Source: Cyanophora paradoxa CCMP329 (taxonomy: Eukaryota; Plantae; Glaucophyta). From it: a stretch of DNA of 64,000 bases. How positions within the stretch are numbered: position 1 is the stretch's first letter; each line of letters opens with the position of its first letter. Below are positions 50,418 to 60,790 of the stretch, piece by piece. A program made the position numbers and the translations under genes. Under the pieces are notes generated by a model. It did no database searches. It had not been told where the DNA came from and saw only the letters and a list, made by a program, of their open reading frames with translations. The stretch lies in the NCBI GenBank assembly GCA_004431415.1, contig QPMI01000399.1:150306-214305 (forward strand), read 5' to 3'.

Positions 50418-52231
50418 TTACACAATTGTGTCATTAGAACCAGAAGGAGTAGAGGGATCAGAGGGGCGAGAACGCTTAGCACTAGGGCTACGGCCAGTGC
50501 CATCGAGATGCTGACCTTCCTCAAATGAATCAGAAAACGATTTCTCAAGGGCCAGAAGAAGAAGAGTATGTATAAGACACGCCCGAGCCGGTTGTGCGGT
50601 TTTGACGAAAGGCGAAGGACCCGAAGGCCCGAAGCAAGGGCCAGCTGCTTGCGAGCCTCATCATAAAAAGCATCGAGGCGGGGGCGCACAGAGGCAGGCA
50701 AAAAGTAAAACATGGGATCCTGATGGAAGTGGTACAAGAAGGTGTGCTCATCAACATCAAGAATGCTGTAATTTTTGTCAGGCTCCTGGCAAGGGATCTG
50801 GTAGCAAGGAGAGGTGGAGGCAAAAGAGTAAGAAGAAGGATCGAGAGCCTTGCCATTGTGAGCAAGAGAGGAATAATACTCAAGAGAAGAGTACTCAGGA
50901 AGAAGAGTCTGCACATAAAATTTGTGAATGTAGTTATCCGAGCCAAGAATCATGAGGGAACGCATGGCGAGGGGCCGAGCGGGCCGAGGCTTGATGAAAC
51001 TAGTACGACGCTCGAGGCTCTGGAAGAGCATAGAAGCCAAGGGCACTTTCAAAATGAGACTAAGATGAGCACGATCGGTATGAGCAGCAGGGAAATCACC
51101 AAGCTCAGGGCGACAAAGAAGATCATAGCGGGAGCCAGAGCCAGTGAAAGTGGTCTTAGCGACCATATCAAGTACAGGCTGAGTAAAGGCAGCTGCCAGA
51201 AAAACTGGAGAAGGAATGGACTTATCCAAGCCAGCGAGTTTGAAGGGATTGAAGGGGATGGTGTTCTCAGAATTCAGCTCTACACGCTCAACAGGAAGCG
51301 AAGACATAAAGACACAATCTGGCTTGGAAAGGTTAAGTGCCATCGTTTTGAGTTCAGCCAGGAAGGCTTGGGCGCCAAGGCGAATGAGGAAGCGGGGTGG
51401 CTTAGCACCAGAGGGGCCAGCACCATTGGAGGACTCAGGGGCAGTACGGAGAACAGATTGATAATAAGAAAGCTCGATCGGGAAAAATTGGTCTACCACA
51501 TCAGAGACACCAACAGTCTTAAGGCCATAAAAGACATCATATGCTTGAAGGAAATGGGGCTTGGTCTGCAAAGGAGTGAGGGTCGAAAGCATGGTACGAG
51601 CTGGGTGAGAAATTGGAGTACAGTTGAAAATCGAAGACAAGGTACGATGATGAGCTAAATAGGCGCCAAAGCCACCAACAACTGAGCGATAGTAAAACTG
51701 ATAAGTGAAAGCATTGAAGGTAGCACCACTATAGGAATCCTGAGAAGTGGACTGCTTAACAAAGCCGTGCTTCGCGGAGGAGGACCATGGGTGCTGAGAG
51801 AACATGGAATTGATGGGAGCAAGGCGGTTCTGGAAGGCCGAGAGGCGGACAGATTCAGGGAGGTCACGGCCAAAGTCTGCAGGTTCATTCACGATGACAC
51901 CTTCCTGGATACAGAAGCGCATGGCGACGGAGACATCATCGAAGGGCTTGCAAGAGCGAAGCGCATCGGCAAGGACAGTCTGAACATGCATGTACTTGGG
52001 CAGGCCGCCAATCTTGCGGGTGACGGGCCGCGTCATGAACGCGGCAAACTCGCGGACGCGAGGAAGGTGGTGGTAGTCAGGGACGCGGGAATTGCCCGAA
52101 AGCGATGGTGACTGAGCGTCAACAGCGAAGAAGTCGGCAACCTCCACAGAACCCTCAAGTGCACGGGGAGCCGGCGGCGGTCCCTGCTGCTGGCGGCGCT
52201 GCCCCGGAGCACGGGGCGGATTGGCGGACAT
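50418..52231 (-). CDS. Unknown 574-aa protein of retroposon B (frame broken near the C-terminus by an 89-bp insertion)
   Basis: Runs MSANPPRAPG.. to ..KQLALEKSFS..SAKRSRPSDP..NDTIV* once the insertion is removed. Homologous to the A protein. Confidence 0.8.
50556..50634 (-). mobile_element. 79-bp LINE tail insertion
   Basis: 10-bp TSD CAAGGGCCAG (50546-50555 / 50635-50644). Confidence 0.92.
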
Positions 52232-53111
52232 TCTAAAAGCTGCGTACAGTGGAGCAAAGGTCAGGATTGTCCGAGATGGAAAGATTTGAACGTTGGCTGG
52301 GCGAGCCACAAATCGGCGTCTAAGCGCGCAGCTGGCGGCCAGGATCTGCGTAAAGAGCGCACCCGTGCACACGGGGCGAGAGGTATGTGGGCCAGAGGCC
52401 AGAAATGGGGCCGACGGCCAACGGGGGGGGTACGGCAAACTGAGCAACAAGGGGGCTAGGGGCCAGATCGGGGCTAGGAGCAGGCTGAGCGATATGTTCG
52501 CAATGCTCATAAGAGGCTAGGGAATGGTCATAAGCACGAGCAGCGTCCAAGAGATTAGCGCAAAATGAGGAGTGAGATGGATCAACCGTAGAAATGAAAC
52601 GGAAATCCCCACGGACATAAGTGACTTTGAATCGAGGTAAACGACGAGGAAGCATGTCCATGAAATCATCGAGCTCGCGAAACAAGGCAGACATCAGAGT
52701 GGCCGTCTTCAAACCGGTTTTGGAGGAAGGCGTAAGGGGCAGCTGTATGTCAGGGTCCATCGCAAACGTAGCAGCAGCTTCAGAGCGACCTGTATGATAG
52801 GCTAGAGAATACGAGCAAAATGACGTGCAGACCAAGAATCCGAACAACCTGCCACTCCCAGTTCTGGAGAAACATCCAAGTATCAGAGAAACGGACCGAG
52901 CCAGTGAGCAGCCAGGCAACAAAGCGTGCAGAAGGGATGGGCATCGGCTGGAGCTGCAGGGCATGGAAGAGAAGCGACCAGAACTGCTGCACTACGGGGC
53001 AAAGAGCAAAGACGTGCAGCGCGTTGCAGTGCCGGTGGCAGACCGGACATAGCGAAGAGAGAAGCTCACTGTCAAGCAAATTCGCCGAAGCGGGACGCTG
53101 AAGATCACGTG

Positions 53112-53493
53112 AAAAAAAAGAGAGAGAAATGCAGTAGACACATCCATGCCAGCAAGACTGGGTATGACAAAGCCGCAGAGGCCCCGAATGGGACGTGCAA
53201 GGCCCGTCAGGGACCCACTAGCATGGGGAGTGAGTGGAGCCGCATACAGGACCCTGGGCCACCACCCCCAGGGCGCCAGCAAGGAAATAGAACACCCTAT
53301 GTGGACATCCGACGGCGCCACATAGGAAGGGCCTGAATCCCCGTGACGGCCCGCTCCCTGTCGGGCGGCCCGAGGGTATCAGGAGGCCCCGCAGGGACAA
53401 AGAAAAATATACGGTCATGTAGTACTCAGGATTACTCATTAAAAGCAGCATCTGCCATACCAACAGAAGAGTTGTTAGACTCAGGATCAGAAA
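53112..53493 (-). mobile_element. 5'-truncated copy of retroposon A
   Basis: Near-identical reverse complement of about 48874-49248, with a CT/T tail. Confidence 0.9.
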
Positions 53494-53742
53494 CGTTTCA
53501 AACTGAACGGAGTTTGCGTCACGCCCCGCCCATTGTTAACTTCTTCCGCCAATGAAATTAGCCCAGCGCAAACTTGAGCTCGAACTTGGCCTCGTACACA
53601 GTGGCGTACACACGCGGCCACAACGGTCACAGTAACGGTCAGCAGGCCGGCTTGCTAGTCAGCTTCCCTCGGCTAGGCCGGACTAGCTAGCTTCCCGCCA
53701 TCGCGCACGCCCGAGCGCGAGCATTCCTGCACGCCGCCGTGC

Positions 53743-55772
53743 ATGAAGCAGTCAAAGCGAAAGGAACCCAGCCTCTGGGATGACGGCTTCGACGAGGCCC
53801 GACGTCGGCACCGCTGGCACGGCAAGCGACCCGACAGCAGCAGCTCGTGGGCCGGCAAGGGCAACATGAAGCGTGTCAACAAGATCACTCAGCAGGCGCG
53901 CAAGGCGAAGGAGCCCAAGCTCCCTGACCTCGACATCCTCAAGGGCGAGCACCCCGCGGCAACGGTCCGCTGCCTGGACACCAGCGGCCGCGCCTACCAC
54001 GTTCGCCTTGGCGACTTCGTCATCTGTTCAGTTAGCTCAGACACCCAGCTGTGTCCAGAACTCAGCGTCGTTCGCCCGAAGCCCTTCCATTTCCCGCGCC
54101 CAGGTGAAACGATTTTGGCGCGAGTCGAGGGCGAGTTCCCAACACAGACGAAGGCGAAGCGCGGCGACTTCAACTACTCCGTCAACGGCGTCATCCTTCG
54201 GCGCTTCGTGCGCCCGGAGGACTCCGATGTGAAGGACTGCGGGCTCGGCAGCGTGATCATCAAGGCAGACGGGGAGCAGGCAGCCGTGGCCATCGCAAAC
54301 CACCTCATCTACTACTCGAACGTGACGGTCCGCCCGCCGCGCCCGCGCCCCGTTCCAGCGTCCGATGCCCGTGCGCGCAGGTTCACGCACCCGCGAAGGT
54401 GGTGGCCGCGGACGAGTACAAAGCCCTCAACCACGCCGATCCCCACATCTACGTCTGTAAGCAAATCATGACGTTCCCGGGCGACGGCTCCTTCCAGTTC
54501 GACGTCGCCCTCGCCTTCAACGCGAGGCTCAAGCGAGTGGCGAAGAAGAAGATGGCGTGCTTCCTCCGGCCGCTGTCGAGGCCGGAGGAGCGCGTGGAGG
54601 CGATTGGCTACCTTCAGGACGCCGCCGCGAACGCCCTCAAGCGCCGGAAGACCGGGACGCAGCTTGTCAACGTCAAGATCCCGGTGGCCGGGCCGGCAAT
54701 GTTGGTCTGCGGCTCTTATGACTCGTTCGAAGTTCTTTTTCCTATCCTCTAACGGTGCGCATCGCAGGAGAACATCGTGGCGCAGGTCGCGCACGTCGCC
54801 ACGCCCATCGACCCGAAGACGGGCCAGCCGATCCCGGTTGACAAGCTGCCGGCGGCGAATCGCTTCGTTATCGAGCTTCCGGACCGCGAGACCGCTGCTG
54901 GTGGAAGCCGCTTCCTTTTTCCCGCTCGCTGTTCTTTTTCCGACCTCTTTGCAGCTGTTCTCGGTCCCTCCGGCGTGGCGCAAGCGTCCAAGCGCGTCTG
55001 CAAGCGGGACGCGGACGGGAAGGCGATCCGGAAGCACAGCGAGATGCAGACCGTCACCGTCGAGAAGGCGTACGGCGGCTTAATCGTGCCGCGCCACACG
55101 GGCTCCCATGACGTCGTCCAGTTCGACGAGCGTGCGCCCGGCCCGCCCTCGCCGCGCCGCTCGCTTACGAAGCTCTGCTCCTTGGGCGCGGCAGGTCCCG
55201 GTCGGATCGTGGCCACGAAGCGCTCGGGCAGGAAAGGTGGGCACGTCACGCTCGAGCTTCCGAGCTACGAGTACGGCCCCGACGGCGAGCGCATCGCCAG
55301 CCTCGCGGGGCCCCTCGCGGCTGTCCCCGTGAAGCGCCCGCGCCGGTGCCGCGCCGGCGCCAACACCGTCGCCAAGGCGCCGCCTGTCCCGAAGCAGCCC
55401 CTTCAGAACCTGCCGCCGCCGCCCTGCCGGCCCCCGCCGCCGCCGCCCTGCCGGCCCCCGCCGTCGCCGCCCCGCCGGCCCCCGCCGCCGCCGCCCTGCC
55501 GGCCGCCGCCGCCGCCGCCCCGCCCGCCCCCGCCCCGCCGGTCGCCGCCCTGTCGGCCCCTGCTGCTGCTGCCCCACCGGCCGCTGCCGCCCTACCTGCC
55601 CCCGCCGCATCCGCCTCGGTCCCCAAGTGCGCCCCCTCCCCCTCGCCCCCGCTCGGCTACTTGCTCGCCTAATCCTGCAGCAGGAAGGATCGCGCGGCAC
55701 AGCTCGCGGCCGCGGTGGCGGCGCGCAAGAGGGCAAAGTCGTGAAGCTGCTACTGAGAATCGCACTATCTAG
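53743..55772 (+). CDS. BAH-domain protein, spliced, convergent with the RAG1-like gene
   Basis: YHVRLGDFV..ILARVE..LRRFVRPED..(intron 54328-54380)..AKVVAADEY..IYVC follows the BAH consensus order. C-terminal frame is uncertain. Confidence 0.65.
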
Positions 55773-55811
55773 GTTACAAGGTGCGCTATGTCTGGTCCAA
55801 ATCCATTTCGT

Positions 55812-58800
55812 CTATTTCCCCTCCGCTAGATCGTCTGCTAGAACCTCTGCTAGGGCCCTATCATCGAAATCGAGCATGTTGGCGCCCTCATCCTCCGCCT
55901 CCATCTCCTCCTCCGCCTCCTCCTCTGCCTCGGCGTCGTACTCGGCGGTCTCCTCCTCCTCCTCCTCCTCGTCCCCGCTCTCCTCGGGCACCTCGTCCTC
56001 CGGCACCGGATCCCCCTCCTGCAGCTCAATATCCTCGTCGATCTCCTCCTCGTCCGCAGGCAGGGGCACCGCTGCCACCTCCTCGCCCCCCGGCGGCGCC
56101 GCCGCCGCCCCTTCGCCCTGCATAGCCGCTGACCGGTGGGGACGGGCCGCAGGTCGGGGGATGAAGGGCCCATCTGGCCAGGCCTTGGCGGCGACGGGCG
56201 CGTCGTACTCGGCGTGGGCAGCGTCCTTCCCGCCGGCGCTCGCCTCCGTCATGTTCCGCATCCACAGCGCCAGGCGCCGCCGCTGGTGCGTCATGATCTG
56301 CTTGAGCATGTCGAGGTCCTTGTTCCACCCGCCACCGAGAGACGTGACGGTGTGTCGCAGGCGCCGAAGGAGGCCCATGTAGGACTCGATGACCTCGCAG
56401 CTCCAACGGCCGGGCGCGTTCGTGTTGTCGACGCGCGCCCAGAACGCGAGGTGCGCAAGCGTCGAGTGCATGTAGCGTGTGAAGATCTTCCATAACGGGA
56501 AGTGTGTCTCCATCAGGCCCTGGAGCTCGGCGACGGCCTCGATAACTTGCTGCCGCGCCTCCTCGTCGGGCTTCATGTTCCGCTCGTACTGGTAGATGAT
56601 CTGGCGGAGCTGCCAAATCTCGTGCATGCCCCTCGTCTTCTCGCTCCAGCTCTCCTTACTGTCGCCGAAGCAGATGCTGAAGAGGGTGTCGGGCGCCTCG
56701 GGGTCCTCCAGGATCTTCTTGGCGGTGTTGGCGGAGATCTTCTGGAAGAACTTGTAGGTGGCCCCGTTCTCGGTCTTCTCGAACTTGATGTTCCGCGCGT
56801 ATTTATCGCGAAGATGACGCTGCAGGTCTTCGATGCGCTTCTGCTGGTCCTCGGAGGCACCACAGGCGAGGGCGAGGAAGAAGTAGACGAAGAACCCGGC
56901 CACCCAGCTCTTGATGCCGTGCAGGGCGTCGTCGAGCCGGACCTGAGGTGCGCGTTGGCGTCCGCTGAGGCGAGGTGTCGCGGGCTTCTCACCTCGACGG
57001 CAGCGACGGGCAGCATGCTGTTCGGGAGCGGCTGCAGGAGGGCGTTGGCGTCGTGCTCGGGGGTGCGGATTCTCTGTTCGCTGGCTGGAGGGAGGCCGTC
57101 CCGATCCCGCGGCCCTGCTGCGCGCACGACTTCGACCGCCGAGCACTCGGACCTGCAGTAACGTGAGCCCCATGCCGAATCTCAGCGCGTGTGACTCGGC
57201 GAACTGACCCGCGTCGGTGGACAGAATCGCAGTGCGGGCACAGGTCGAAGCCGAGGAGGACGCGGAGGAACTTGTAGTCGCCCGTCACCAAGAATTCGAC
57301 CTCGACGGGCTTGTCGTGCTCGTACCCGGGGATCAGGGTGAGCGGGTTCTCGTTCAGGTACTCGACCATGTCGGCGAGGGGCTTGATGCGTGGGCGCAGG
57401 TTCTCCTCGCTGTCGCTACCGCCGAAGAGCATTAGGGGCAGGAGGCGTAGCAGCTCTGAACGCCCTTCAGCGGGTGGTACGCCTGCGTCCCGTCCTCCTC
57501 GATGACGTAGTAGCCGTCGACGATTGCCACGATGCAGGTCATGCCGTCGGTCGTGGAGACGCTCTTCCCGCGGAACGCGATCGTCCCGTCGCCCGCCAGG
57601 CGGACTCGAGGTCTGATCTTCTTCCCCCTGTGCTTGTGCAGCGGGACGAAAGCGCTGATGAGGGCCGACAGGGCGGGCGTCGGCGTGACAGCTCTGCGGG
57701 GCGGCGGCGCTGCCGCCTCTCCGCCCGCCGCCGGCGCTGCCGCCTCTCCGCCCGCCGCCGGCGCTGCGCTCGACGGAGGCACAAAGAGCTCGAGCATGAC
57801 GCCCGGCTTGCCCTTGTTCTCCTCGTCGCCGACGCCCGCCGCTGTTTCGACGATCTGCACGATCTGCACCGCTCGGTGAGCCTCGTCCCTCACCCCCGCC
57901 CCGCGCGCGCGCGCCGCGCCTTCTCGAGGTCATCGTTGACCTTGCCCGTAGCTTCGTGATGCAGTGCTTCGACGGGAGGAAGGCTCGCAGCCCCACGAAG
58001 TGCTTCTTCAGGGCCTTCTTGAGGAGCTTCGTGAACTCAAAGTACGTCGCCTGCCCCGGGTCGGTTTAGAACGGGATGGGGGGTTAAACATTCGAGAAAG
58101 GGCGCACGTCCGAGATGCAGTGGCGGTCCTTCCACTCTAGAATCTCGCAGTCGGGGAAGGTGTCCCGCAGCTTCCTGCAGGCGATGCTCATCGCCTTCTT
58201 CACTTGCAGCTGACCCGATTTGCTCGTTTCCAGGGCTCGTTGGGCCTGCGGACGGTGGTTCAGAAAGGTGCTCTTCTCCAACGATTTTGTAGCCTATTAA
58301 AGTACGATTCTCGGTAGCTCTTTTTATGTATAATAACGCGCACTGCGTGTGGCCCGATGATGCTCACGAGGCGGCGTGCCTCCGCCTCCAGCGCCTCCCT
58401 CCTCTTCTGATAGGCGCCCTCCTCCTCTCCTTTGTTCCTGGGGCGCCCTGGATAAGCATGCATATGCCTGCGCGCGCGCCGCCCCGCCTTGTACCTCGCG
58501 AAGTTCTTTTTAAACATGGGGAGGCGGATCTGGATGTCCGGACTCGCAGCGTTTAGAATCGTCGAGAGCAGCATGCGGAGGAACCGCGTGCGCCGCTGCC
58601 TGGACGTATCCGAGCATCCCTTCCCAGGGACCTGCCTAGCTATGCGCGAGATGGTCGCTGCACGCTGTGCCGAAGTCCGCGGGACCTTGGCGCGCTTCGA
58701 CTGGTGCTCCTCCCTAAGCTTCTTGTTCTCCGCCTCAAGCACTGCGATGCGCTCGTCGCGCGCTTTGAGCGTCGCCTTGCGGACGATCCGCTCCTCAGGC

Positions 58801-58892
58801 GGCACATCTTCCTTGCCGCGAGCGCGTTTCGGGCGGTGCCGGGGCCGGGGCCGGCCGCGGCGCCGGGCTCGGCGCCTCATTAAGAACTGCAT
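55812..58892 (-). CDS. RAG1/Transib-like DDE transposase, intron-containing, with apparent single-base frameshifts
   Basis: GDG (D at 57588), PLMLFGGSDSEENLRPRIKPL, TGDYKFLR (D at 57277), CPHCD, DALH, LQRHLRDK, ISANTAKKIL, TRYMHSTLAHL, GRWSCEVIES (E at 56385), LLRRLR, DMLK. All are colinear with the RAG1 core. Confidence 0.85.
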
Positions 58893-59762
58893 TCGTCTGC
58901 TCGCGGCCGGGCAGAGAGCATACACTCGTAAGCGCGGGCAAGTCAAGTCATGACATCGAATTTGAATGAGCGGCATACCACGTCGGCGCCGAACGCGCGA
59001 CGACCGCGCTGCTGCTGCTGCTCTGGGCTAATCTGAGGCGATTGCGGGCTCGCTGGAGCGATGGCGACCCGGGTGGCGAAGCTGGAGGGCTCTGCAGGAT
59101 GCACTGGAGGAACACAGCCACTGCGGTGGCCTCTTGAAGCGCCGCCGTGCAAGCTAAGCTATGCGGATACAATGGAGACGCAATGCCGCGCGCCTCCAGT
59201 TCCAGGTGGGCGTTTCGGCTGTGGGTGAGCACTGCGATGATCCGCATAAGCGCCTGGTACGCGACCGACGCGTCCGCCATCTCTAAAACGACTGCTGCGG
59301 GCGCTGGAAACGTTTGGGGCGCGGGCTGGGCCGCGGGACGGGGCGCGATGGGTCGCTGCATCGCGCGGGCGGGTTCAAAACTCGGAAAAAAAGATCGCGT
59401 GTACCTCCCCTGCCATCTGCGGAAGCGGCAGCTCCGAGCGCCGCGAGCAAGCATACACATCCGCGACAGTTAGGCGCCGAAGAGCAGCAGGCGAGCCAGC
59501 ATGCGCGATAATGCGCAATTGCGATGCATAGCTACCTTAGGCGAAGCGGCTGGTCCACCCGCGCGGTCCTTGCCGGCCGCGATGCTCGCTCGTCGATATG
59601 GGTATGACGCGCTAAGCAAGGGGAGCATGCCCAGACTGGGTACGCAAACTGCTGAACGTCCAACTCCAGCTGAACGCCCTGCAGCTGGTGGGCCTGAAGC
59701 AGCCTCAAGCGTTAGCTATGTCGCATCGACAGTGTAGCTATGTTAGCTGTGGAGCGAAGCAT

Positions 59763-60495
59763 ATGCCCGCTGACTACGTGTCCGAGGAGGAGGACCAGGA
59801 GGAGACCATCAACGCGCCGTGCAATCGCCCAATGACTTCGTCTGTCATCGAGATCAACAGCAGCGACTCGGAGAGCGATGGACCAGCGGCAGCGCGCCGA
59901 GCGCAGGGCGCGCATGAAGGCGGACGAGGAGCGCGCGCTCGAGGAGGAGGATGAGATCAGGCGGCGCCACCAGGCAGCTTTGGAGGTCAACCTCGCAATA
60001 GAGCGCGACTCGGTGAGGCCATACAAGCTGGCCGAGCTCAAGCAGTTGCTGGAGTACGCGCGCGCGTGGATGCGCGAGCACGAGCAGCTGTACGAGCAGT
60101 TCGAGGTCGCGCTGGCGCACAACAACCTCCTCGAGGCCATTAACCTGCGGTCGGAGATCCGCAAGCACCGCAGCACGGCGCGCTTCTGCGGGCAGGACCC
60201 CCTCGGGCTCTACGAGGAGGCGGCCTTCAAGCCTCTCTATGACAACGTGACGGCCTTGCAGCGGCGGGCGGGGCAGATGGAGCATTTCGGCGACAATCTC
60301 TTCAAGTGCGCGGAGCACTTCCAGCGGGTGCGCATCCGGCAGCAGCAGGCGGCGGCGGCGGCGGCGGCGGAGGCGGCGGAGGCGGCGGCGGAGGCGGACG
60401 GGGCTGCTGCTGCTGCTCGGTGCAAGCGCCGCCGCCTGCGTCGCGGCGACGGCGTGCTCGTCTCGCGGCCGGACGATGCCGACGACGAAGCGTAG
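59763..60495 (+). CDS. Hypothetical helical/coiled-coil protein, divergently transcribed from the RAG1-like gene
   Basis: Protein-like composition in ORF 59878-60495. Acidic N-terminus sits in another frame. Confidence 0.45.
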
Positions 60496-60496
60496 C

Positions 60497-60790
60497 GCCG
60501 TTAGCCGCCCCCGCCCCGCCGTTAGCCGCCCCCGCCCCGCCGGCCCCCGCCCCGCCCCGCCGGCCCCCGCCCCCGCCCGCCGGCCCCCGCCCCCGCCCCG
60601 CCCCGCCCCGCCCCCGCCCCGCCCCGCCCCCGCCCCGCCCCCGCCCCGCCCCGCCCGCCCCGCCCCGCCCCGCCCCCGCCCCGCCGCCCCGCCCCCGCCC
60701 CGCCCGCCCCCGCCCCGCCCCGCCCCGCCCCGCCGGCCCCCGCCCCCGCCCCGCCGGCCCCCGCCCCCGCCCCGCCGGTCGCCGCCCTGC
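60497..60790. repeat. (CCCCG)n-type GC microsatellite
   Basis: Directly visible. Confidence 0.9.

Larger units (their letters stand above)
50104..52433 (-). mobile_element. Apparently complete RT-less single-ORF retroposon B (about 2.24 kb)
   Basis: 11-bp TSD GGCAAACTGAG (50093-50103 / 52434-52444), 5' end GTACCCCCCCC, 3' end GGGCGTGTCTTTTACTTG(CT)n. Confidence 0.88.
39895..53079 (-). mobile_element. 5'-truncated L1/Tx1-like LINE (C2), split by nested insertions; own sequence 52434-53079, 49255-50103, 39895-40119
   Basis: zf-RVT motif CPVCHRHCNALHVFALCPVVQQFW (about 53049-52980), then a long Asp/Pro-rich extension, stop at 49337, 3' UTR and (CTT)n tail. Confidence 0.8.

Noticed and set aside
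15029-50634. CRISPR-like array from the recurring GAAGAAGAGTATGTATAAGACACGCCC
   Set aside because: Copies are dispersed, variable in length and TSD-flanked. No regular spacers or cas genes.
48874-53493. ~375-bp inverted repeats as DNA-transposon TIRs
   Set aside because: They are two oppositely oriented 3' ends of retroposon A, each with its own tail.
53597-53640. CACAGTG as a full RSS
   Set aside because: No ACAAAAACC-like nonamer at 12 or 23 bp, no inverted partner and no TSD. A 7-mer is expected by chance in 64 kb.
53743-55772. RAG2-like kelch/PHD protein
   Set aside because: No kelch GG..Y..W repeats or PHD Cys/His pattern seen. The motifs fit BAH better.
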